DNA of 64,000 nucleotides from Leptonemataceae bacterium (GTDB lineage Bacteria; Spirochaetota; Leptospiria; Leptospirales; Leptonemataceae): NCBI GenBank assembly GCA_965227295.1, contig OZ245742.1, positions 448,001 to 512,000 of the forward strand, read 5' to 3'. Shown piece by piece: positions 56,787 to 64,000 of this stretch (position 1 is its first letter; each line of letters starts with the position of its first letter). The notes under the pieces were generated by a model. It saw only the letters and a program-made list of their open reading frames with translations, ran no database searches and was not told where the DNA came from. The position numbers and the translations under genes were made by a program.

Positions 56787-58207
56787 CAGAACTGAAAGTA
56801 GAAGAACTGCTCCGGATTTTCGAACGACCCGAACATCACAAACAGCAGCAATCCGATCGAGTACACCAACCACCGCACCGGGCCCGGCCACTCGCCGATG
56901 ATTTCCAGTTCCCCGCGCCGGACCTGCAACCACTGCATCATAATCAGCGGCGACGCGTAAAACAATACCTGCAGCACCAACGCCCCGGACACCCAGGGCA
57001 CATCCGCGCCGAACACGGGGACCACGTTCTCCACGACAAACCACAGATGCTCCGGCGACTCCACGCGAAACAGCAGCAATCCGTGCGCGAATGTTAAAAA
57101 CGTAAACACACGCCCGCCGTACATTAACGCGCGCTCCACAAGCGGCCCCCGCGCGGCGATGCGCGCAATCCAGGGCGCGCACGCCCCGTACATCACCACC
57201 AACACGCCGCAATAAAAACCCCACACCAGAAATCCGATGCTCGCCCCGTGCCAGAGCCCGCCCAGGGTCCACACGATCAACACGTTCCGCGCCTGCATCA
57301 GCGGGCCGATGCGATTGCCGCCCAGCGGAATATACACATAGTCGCGCAGGAAAGCGCCCAGCGTGATGTGCCAGCGACGCCAGAACTCGGCGGGGTTGCT
57401 CGAAAGAAACGGCAGATTAAAATTGCGCACGAGTTCAATGCCGATCATGCGCGAAACGCCGCGGGCGACGTCGGTGTATCCGGAGAAGTCGGCGTAGATC
57501 TGCACCGCGAACGCGCAGGCGCCGAGAAAGTACGCGCCCGCCGGCGGTTGCACGCCGGGGACCAGCACCAGATCAACAAAGCGCGACAGGTTGTCGGCGA
57601 TGAATACCTTCTTAAAAATGCCGCCGGCCGCCAGAAGCATGCCGCTGCGAAACTCCGCGAACGTCGGCGTGGCCGGATCTTTCAAATGCGGCAGCAATCG
57701 CCCCGCGCGTTCGATGGGACCGGCGACCAACTGCGGAAAGTAGGTCGTGAACAACAGGAGCGCCGGGAAGGATCGCTCCGCCCGGGTCTCCCCGCGACTT
57801 ACGTCCACGATATACGACGTAATCTGGAACGTATAAAAGCTGATGCCCACGGGCAGCAGGACGTCCAGCACGGGCAGCGGTCCGCCGCTGTCGAAGTACG
57901 CAAAGAGTCCGTCGAGCAGACCCTGGGTGAACATGTAGTATTTAAAGAAGCCGAGGAACGCCAGGTTCAGTACGACGGCGGCGGCCAGGGTCAGCCGATC
58001 GCCGCGCCGTGTTTCCAGGCGCAGCGCGGCCAGGTAGTTCACGGCGACGGTGAAGATTAACAGGAGCAGGATGCGCCAGTCCCAGTACCCGTAAAAAAAG
58101 AGCGACGCGGCCAGAAGCCAGGGACTCCGCCAGGTCCGGGGGACGGCAAAACGAACCGCAAGAACGATCGTCCCGAAGACGAGAAAATCCAGGGTGTTGA
58201 AAAGCAT
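56786..58207 (-). CDS. MBOAT O-acyltransferase (AlgI/PatA/DltB family)
   Basis: MLFN, LPVGISFYTFQ, FPQLVAGPIER, DFSGYTD, FWRRWHITL, GLWHGA, FFYFQF. Confidence 0.95.
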   Translation of the reverse strand: MLFNTLDFLVFGTIVLAVRFAVPRTWRSPWLLAASLFFYGYWDWRILLLLIFTVAVNYLAALRLETRRGDRLTLAAAVVLNLAFLGFFKYYMFTQGLLDGLFAYFDSGGPLPVLDVLLPVGISFYTFQITSYIVDVSRGETRAERSFPALLLFTTYFPQLVAGPIERAGRLLPHLKDPATPTFAEFRSGMLLAAGGIFKKVFIADNLSRFVDLVLVPGVQPPAGAYFLGACAFAVQIYADFSGYTDVARGVSRMIGIELVRNFNLPFLSSNPAEFWRRWHITLGAFLRDYVYIPLGGNRIGPLMQARNVLIVWTLGGLWHGASIGFLVWGFYCGVLVVMYGACAPWIARIAARGPLVERALMYGGRVFTFLTFAHGLLLFRVESPEHLWFVVENVVPVFGADVPWVSGALVLQVLFYASPLIMMQWLQVRRGELEIIGEWPGPVRWLVYSIGLLLFVMFGSFENPEQFFYFQF

Positions 58208-58309
58208 TGCGCGGGGAAATTTTTCCTTTCCCGATTTGACAGTCCGGGCGGATACTGTAAATTAAAGATTGAATGCCGTAACGCGCATTCTTCTCTCCCG
58301 GAGGTGTAA

Positions 58310-59596
58310 ATGGGCGAAACCGCCAATCTCAAGTACGACGGCCAGGACTACGAACTCCCGATCATCGAAGGTTCCGAAGGCGAACGCGCCCTCGACATCA
58401 GCAAGCTGCGCGCGGCCAGCGGCGCCATCACTCTGGACGAAGGCTTCGTCAACACCGGCGCCACCACCAGCGGCGTTACCTTTCTGAACGGTGAAAAAGG
58501 CATTCTTCGTTACCGCGGTTATCCCATTGAACAACTCGCCGAGCAATCATCCTTTCTTGAAGTTGCGTATCTTCTAATTTACGGCGAGCTTCCGTCCAAA
58601 GACGAGTTCGAAACGTTCCGTCACAACATCACCATCCACACCATGATCCACGAAGACCTCAAGCGGCTCTTCGACGGTTTCCCCAAGGACTCGCATCCCA
58701 TGGCGATCCTCTCCTCGATGGTGGTGGCGATGTCCGGCTACTACACGGACTCCAGCGATCCGCTGAACCCGCGACACCGCGAAATCTCGCTCACGCGCCT
58801 GCTCGCGAAGACGCCGACCATCGCGGCCTATTCTTACAAGAAGTCCATCGGCCAGCCGTTCGTGTATCCGCGCAACTCGCTCTCCTACGTCGCGAACTTT
58901 TTGAACATGATGTTCTCCGTTCCGGCCACCACGTACGAAATCGATCCGGTGATCGAGAAGGCCCTGGACCAGTTGTTGATTTTGCACGCGGACCACGAAC
59001 AGAACTGCTCGGCGTCCACCGTACGGCTCGTGGGTTCGTCTCGCGCCAATGTCTATGCCACGATCGCCAGCGGCGTCTGCGCGTTGTGGGGACCGTTGCA
59101 CGGCGGCGCCAACCAGGCCGTCATCGAAATGCTCGAACGCATTCACGAGGACGGCGGCGACGTCGCCAAGTACGTGCGTCTCGCCAAGGACAAGGACTCG
59201 ACGTTCCGGCTCATGGGCTTCGGCCACCGCGTCTACAAGAACTTCGATCCGCGCGCGAAGATCATCAAGAAGTCCTGCGACGAGGTGCTCAAGAAACTCG
59301 GCGTCAAAGACCCGCTGCTCGACATTGCGAAGCAGCTCGAAGAGGCCGCACTGAACGACGACTACTTCGTCGAACGCAAGTTGTACCCGAACGTGGACTT
59401 TTACTCGGGCATCATCTATCGCGCCATCGGCATTCCCACGGAGATGTTCACCGTCATGTTCGCCCTCGGCCGCATGCCCGGCTGGATCGCGCAGTGGAAA
59501 GAGATGATCGAGAACCCGCACTCGCGCATCGGTCGTCCGCGGCAGATCTACACGGGCTCCACGGTGCGGGACTACACCGCGCTCGACAAACGCTGA
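58310..59596 (+). CDS. gltA: Citrate synthase (type II)
   Basis: [63 protein letters not shown]. Confidence 0.97.
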   Translation: MGETANLKYDGQDYELPIIEGSEGERALDISKLRAASGAITLDEGFVNTGATTSGVTFLNGEKGILRYRGYPIEQLAEQSSFLEVAYLLIYGELPSKDEFETFRHNITIHTMIHEDLKRLFDGFPKDSHPMAILSSMVVAMSGYYTDSSDPLNPRHREISLTRLLAKTPTIAAYSYKKSIGQPFVYPRNSLSYVANFLNMMFSVPATTYEIDPVIEKALDQLLILHADHEQNCSASTVRLVGSSRANVYATIASGVCALWGPLHGGANQAVIEMLERIHEDGGDVAKYVRLAKDKDSTFRLMGFGHRVYKNFDPRAKIIKKSCDEVLKKLGVKDPLLDIAKQLEEAALNDDYFVERKLYPNVDFYSGIIYRAIGIPTEMFTVMFALGRMPGWIAQWKEMIENPHSRIGRPRQIYTGSTVRDYTALDKR

Positions 59597-59656
59597 CTTT
59601 TCGGCAAACGTTTACACAGAGAAACTTAAGGCGGCTCCGGCCGCCGCACTGTTATC

Positions 59657-60043
59657 ATGCGAATGAAGCTGACGGAAATCCGGATCGGCAACCGAATCCG
59701 AAGGAACCCGGGCGACCTGTCCGAGCTCAAGGACAGTATGCGCCGCCTGGGTTTGCTCCAGCCGATCTTAGTGGACACCGACAACAACCTGGTGGCCGGC
59801 TTTCGTCGCCTGGAAGCCGCGAAGGAGCTGGGCTGGGAGACCATCGACGCCCGGCTCATTGAAGTCAAAGATCGCAAAGAACGCCTCATCATCGAGGCGG
59901 ACGAAAACGTCACCCGCCGGGACTTCAGCCCCGAAGAATTGCAGAAGGCCGACGAGTTGCTGGATCGCTACAGCCGCGAGGGCATCTTCTGGCGCATCTG
60001 GTCCTGGATCCTGGACATCATCGATCGCATCTTCCGCCGCTGA
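59657..60043 (+). CDS. Small ParB/sulfiredoxin N-terminal domain protein
   Basis: L..SM...GLLQPILV, LVAGFRRLEA, EN..R; no HTH or dimerisation domain. Confidence 0.9.
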   Translation: MRMKLTEIRIGNRIRRNPGDLSELKDSMRRLGLLQPILVDTDNNLVAGFRRLEAAKELGWETIDARLIEVKDRKERLIIEADENVTRRDFSPEELQKADELLDRYSREGIFWRIWSWILDIIDRIFRR

Positions 60044-60049
60044 AAACCT

Positions 60050-61118
60050 GCACGCCCCGAATCGTGGTGTAAGTGGCGGCCAGTGTACATTAAGCCTTTT
60101 ATGGTCACGGCTGGTTCCAGCAGATGAACGGAGGTCATGCCGGGGATGTGGTAAGGCGCACCGGAACGGCGTCTTCGCCGTAAGAAACGTTACGATAGCT
60201 GAGTCGCACACCCAGCGTCCGGGTCGAACGCAGCATTCTTAACAAAACGAAAAGCCACAACTCCCGCTTCGCCGTAGCCATACAAATCCCTTTACCGTTG
60301 CGCAACTTACTTCATGTTTCTTGCAGCAACCGTTACGAATCGCCGCTCCTGGATTACCGGAAAGCTTTATTCGTTCGAGCATGCCCCGAATCGTGGTGTA
60401 AGTGGCGGCCAGTGTGCATTAAGCCTTTTATGGGTACGGCTGGTTCCAGCAGATGAACGGAGGTTATGCCGGGGAGCGTGGTAAGGCGCACCGGAACGGC
60501 GTCTTGATTTTAAGATACGGCAAGCGAAGGTGCGCTCCGGAGCCCCGCTCTATTCGCGGGGCGGAGCGGGTGCGGATTCGCGATAGCTGAGTCACAAACC
60601 GACGTCCGGGTCGAAGTCGGCGTTCTTTGCAAAACGAAATTCCACAACTCCCGCAAAGCCGTAGCCATACAAATCCCTTTACCGTTGCGCAACTTACTTC
60701 ATGTTTCTTGCAGCAACCGTTACGAACCGCGGCTCCTGGACTACCGGAAAGCTTTATTCGTTCGAGCATGCCCCGAATCGTGGTGTAAGTGGCGGCCAGT
60801 GTACATTAAGCCTTTTTTGGGTACGGCTGGTTCCAGCAGATGAACGGAGGTTGTACCGGGGAAATTTGGGGCGCGCACCGGAACGGCGTCTTCGCCGTTA
60901 GAAACGGTACGGTAGCTGAGTCGCAAACCGACGTCCGGGTCGATGCGGACTAACTTAGCAAAACGAACCACCACAACTCCCGCTCAGCCGTAGCCAAAAG
61001 ATCCCCTTCACTATATTGCAACTTACTTCATGTTCATCACGGCAAACGCCGCGAACCGCGGCTCTTGAACTACCGGGAAGTTTTGTTCGTTCGAGCACGC
61101 TCTGAATCTTGGCGTAAA
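60050..61118. repeat. Non-coding tandem repeat: units of 329, 387 and 329 bp plus a partial fourth
   Basis: Units start GCAYGCCCCGAATCGTGGTGTAAG at 60050, 60379, 60766; degenerate start at 61095. Confidence 0.95.
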
Positions 61119-61134
61119 TTACAGGCAAATCAAC

Positions 61135-62229
61135 TTAAGGTTCCCACGCGGCGTCGTTGTCGCGGAGGAGCGTCAGCACGCGACGCAGGGTCATCTTCTC
61201 TCGTAAGATCACGTCCAGATTTTTCGCTTCGCTCAGGCTTTTGTGCAGCGGCGCGCGCAGGGGGCCGGCGTGCGAAAAAAAGAAGAACCAGGCGTTTTTG
61301 CGAAGGGACACGCTTACGCCGCGACGATGCACGTCGTCGAGGTCCAGGAACGCGCGGCGCAGTTCCGGCGTAAGCAGCTCCGCGGCAAGGGCCGGGTCCG
61401 TAGATTGAACGGGAAACGCACTCAGGAAGACGGCGTCGTCGACGCTCACGTCCTCGAGTCCGGGAAGCTCCCGGCCCGCGGCCAGTTCCAGACGTGTGCG
61501 AAAGCGGCGCGCGGGAAACGTGACCTCGATGAGCCGGCCGGTCCAGGTATCCTTGAGGTGGCGCACCGTCGTTCCGGCGGCGGCGCTGAGCGGCAGGACC
61601 TCCATCTCCCGGCCGACGACGTAGGCCGATCGCACGGTGTACTCCGGGTAACTTCCGGTGAGTAGATCTTTGCTGCGAAAGTCCTGGATCACGGTCCCAT
61701 CTGTACCAAGATAGTCGGCGAGCGTTTCGGGCTCGAATCCGCGGCCGGGATGATACGTATACGACACGAGCCGCTTCCGAAAGAACGCGGGGACGTACTG
61801 CGTGGTGTACTGCACGCCGTAGGCCTGGAACTCGGCCTGGGTGGGGGAGGCATTCCATTGCGGGCCGTAGAAGGCGATCAGCGCCGTAACGGCGGCAACG
61901 GTCAGCGGATAGGCCAGCGAAACACCGAAATATGCGTGGCCCACCAGGCCGAGGAGAAAGACGATCCCGCCGAATCCCAGGATACGGAGCGCGAACGTAC
62001 CAGATGACTCGCCGGCAATCCGCCGACGCTTACGCTCCAGAACGGCGTGGAGTTGCTTCGGATCGTTTAGAGACGGCAGCGCGCCGGAGCCGGCCGGGGC
62101 CGCTGCCGGCGGCTTCGGCTCCGGCTTCTGCTGAACGTTTTTTCGCGCTTCGGCTTCACCGGCCTCCGGCACTTCGCCGTGCTTCAACGGCAGCCAGCGA
62201 TCTTCTTCGTCTTCGGGCGGACGAGTCAC
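61135..62229 (-). CDS. Membrane protein, DUF3137-like
   Basis: Pro-rich N-terminus, 2 TM, D.L.G, ...F...F.V.STDP..A..LLTP. Confidence 0.7.
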   Translation of the reverse strand: MTRPPEDEEDRWLPLKHGEVPEAGEAEARKNVQQKPEPKPPAAAPAGSGALPSLNDPKQLHAVLERKRRRIAGESSGTFALRILGFGGIVFLLGLVGHAYFGVSLAYPLTVAAVTALIAFYGPQWNASPTQAEFQAYGVQYTTQYVPAFFRKRLVSYTYHPGRGFEPETLADYLGTDGTVIQDFRSKDLLTGSYPEYTVRSAYVVGREMEVLPLSAAAGTTVRHLKDTWTGRLIEVTFPARRFRTRLELAAGRELPGLEDVSVDDAVFLSAFPVQSTDPALAAELLTPELRRAFLDLDDVHRRGVSVSLRKNAWFFFFSHAGPLRAPLHKSLSEAKNLDVILREKMTLRRVLTLLRDNDAAWEP

Positions 62230-62495
62230 GCGTGCGGCGCCAGGGCTTTGAGATCCGGTCGCCGGACAAAGACGAGCGGTTTGCGTATGGTGAACACCCG
62301 TTCATGTTCTCCGCCGCGCACAGTCAGCACGGTCTCCGCGTGAGGGCAGTTCGGGCCGCAGTTGTCCGTCGTTTCGACGACGGTTGCCAGGGATTCGCCA
62401 TCGGCCAGGAGTTCCAGTTCGCGCATCCACTCCTCGAACTTCGCGCGCACGGCGGTGTTGTTCGGATCGCGTGGGTTCTGGAATTGCAGGCTCAT
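62226..62495 (-). CDS. Small hypothetical protein with CxxxCP motif
   Basis: V.ET..NCGPNCPHAETV, F.I.KPL; ATGA overlap with the downstream gene. Confidence 0.75.
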   Translation of the reverse strand: MSLQFQNPRDPNNTAVRAKFEEWMRELELLADGESLATVVETTDNCGPNCPHAETVLTVRGGEHERVFTIRKPLVFVRRPDLKALAPHA

Positions 62496-62619
62496 GGGTA
62501 TTGAGAAGCGCTCATTGAGAATGAGTTACATTTGTAGATTCGCATACAGTATTGCACGGATGGCTGGTCTGCAAGTGAAAAGACTTGCATGATTCGCACG
62601 GAATTGAGAGAAATCCGCC

Positions 62620-63165
62620 GTGCGATTCTTGATAGACCTGGCCCGGCCCGTGTTGCACAGCCGCGTGGCGGCGATTGCGCTGGCGGTGGGGTTTTGTGCG
62701 GTGGGGATGTATCAGACGATTTTCACGGGTGTCATGTACGCGGAGTACGAGACCTACGTATCCACGCCGCTCAAGCAATTAGAGGCCGTGATTTTCGATC
62801 CGGAAAGCTACCCTCAGTGGCTGGAACTTCCAGACATTGAAGGCGAGCTTGTGATTCAACAAAACCGTGAGGACGGCTCGTTTGCATGTTCCATCGGCGG
62901 AAAACCCTGGGAATGTCACTTTGCCAGTGGCAGCCACCGGGCTTCCATCGCGACGCTCTCCATGGCGTCGCCGGAGGGGGAACTGCGCCGGGCGAACTTC
63001 GAAGTATGGCCGGTGAACGACGGGGAGTTTAGCGGTGTCCATATATATTTGCTGCAAAACGCCAGCCCGTATGAGCGCAGCTTCGGCGCCCCGGCTTTTA
63101 ACGAGAGACTACGCAACACACTTATGAAGAACTATCACAGTCTCACGGAGCGCGCTGCGCAATAA
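62620..63165 (+). CDS. Hypothetical membrane-anchored protein (possibly SRPBCC-like)
   Basis: N-terminal TM; I.DPESYPQW. Confidence 0.6.
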   Translation: MRFLIDLARPVLHSRVAAIALAVGFCAVGMYQTIFTGVMYAEYETYVSTPLKQLEAVIFDPESYPQWLELPDIEGELVIQQNREDGSFACSIGGKPWECHFASGSHRASIATLSMASPEGELRRANFEVWPVNDGEFSGVHIYLLQNASPYERSFGAPAFNERLRNTLMKNYHSLTERAAQ

Positions 63166-63180
63166 TTCCAGATTCAATCT

Positions 63181-64000
63181 ATGCAAGTACGATCCATCCT
63201 CGGTAAGCGCAGAGAATTCCTGTTTTTCTTCTGCCTCTCTCTGCTCGCAGGCCTCCCCGCATTGTACGAAATCATGGTGATGCCGACTCCGAAGGCTCAG
63301 ACGGATCTTTATCCCATGATTGTCGCCGCTCGCCTCTATCAGGCCGAGAAGTACGAGGGTGTCTACGCCAACGAACCATTCGGCGGTTACCGCCATCCGG
63401 ACTGGGTACGCGAAGAACAGAAGATTCCCCTGGGAAGCTGGCGGACGGTTTTCCCGTACATGCCGGTATACATGCTACCATTTGTGGTGCTCGAACGAAA
63501 CTTTACGGTACTGCAACTCGCTCTCGGTTGGGCCGTGCTAAATGCGCTCATTATGACCGCGTTTGTCGCCAGTATCGGCGCGGGCCTGCGTGCACCGGTA
63601 CTCGTGAAAGGCCTGATCACGTGCCTCATGGCCTATGCAAACATCACCTGGTTTCCAGTACACTTCGGGAATAACATCCTGCTGTGCGTGACATCCCTCT
63701 GGTTCTTCGTGGGTTTTTACATACGCGGCCGGCTCGCCCCTGCGGTTCTCTTTTATGTACTGGCCACGCTCATGAAACCCTGGGCCGTTTTGTTCGGATT
63801 GTTGCCGCTGTTTCGACTGGACTGGCGCGCCTGCTTTACGATGGGTTTTGCGTACGTCGGCGTGCTCGCCGCCCATGCATTGTGGAACTTTGACCTCTTG
63901 ATGGGCTACTTCGAACTCACCCTGGCCCACGCGAAAATGGGCGTCGTACATTACGCGAACTATTCTCCCTCTGCGGCCCTGGAACGTTTCAACATGGGCT
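63181..64000 (+). CDS. Polytopic GT-C glycosyltransferase, GT87-like (partial, runs off right edge)
   Basis: My translation from ATG 63181 is open to the end: TDLYP, FPYMP, FGN, MKPW, NYS; many TM segments; not in the ORF track. Confidence 0.75.
   Translation, partial: MQVRSILGKRREFLFFFCLSLLAGLPALYEIMVMPTPKAQTDLYPMIVAARLYQAEKYEGVYANEPFGGYRHPDWVREEQKIPLGSWRTVFPYMPVYMLPFVVLERNFTVLQLALGWAVLNALIMTAFVASIGAGLRAPVLVKGLITCLMAYANITWFPVHFGNNILLCVTSLWFFVGFYIRGRLAPAVLFYVLATLMKPWAVLFGLLPLFRLDWRACFTMGFAYVGVLAAHALWNFDLLMGYFELTLAHAKMGVVHYANYSPSAALERFNMG

Noticed and set aside
60050-61118. Tandem units as CRISPR, DGR template/variable repeat, or protein-coding repeats
   Set aside because: Units are far too long and lack unique spacers; differences are not confined to adenines and there is no reverse transcriptase; short ORFs are not preserved between copies.
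59657-61118. ParB plus repeats as a parABS partition locus
   Set aside because: The protein lacks the DNA-binding HTH, no parA is present, and I saw no parS-like 16-bp palindrome.
1-64000. Impression of frequent CTTAAG/TTAA words in GC-rich genes
   Set aside because: Cannot be quantified by eye; needs k-mer statistics.

Overview
This is a GC-rich bacterial chromosomal segment, most likely from a Leptospirales/Leptospiraceae-type spirochaete. That assignment is an inference from spirochaete-style lipoboxes, many lipoproteins, three class III adenylate cyclases and a lipoprotein-Rhs pair. About 50 CDS cover lipid/redox metabolism, one-component regulators with visible operators, signalling, transport, an MBOAT operon and gltA. 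I saw no rRNA, tRNA, CRISPR, integrase or transposase. The main finding is a two-gene operon at 12070-24261. The first lipoprotein carries, in order, the motifs of the anthrax protective antigen/binary toxin B pore former. The second is a lipidated fused TcB-TcC (SpvB/FG-GAP/Rhs) cocoon with an unrecognised 255-aa C-terminal cargo. No TcA, VgrG/PAAR or immunity gene is nearby, so this is a candidate hybrid surface toxin-delivery system. Other findings are a non-coding tandem array of 329-bp units after a ParB-N gene (60050-61118), GNA-triloop REP-like elements, an atypical P-II, a thiolase-like/OB-fold fusion, an MBOAT with two tiny paralogous partners, an orphan RND pump and a decayed paralogue of an XRE regulator. 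All homology calls are by eye from remembered motifs; no searches were run.
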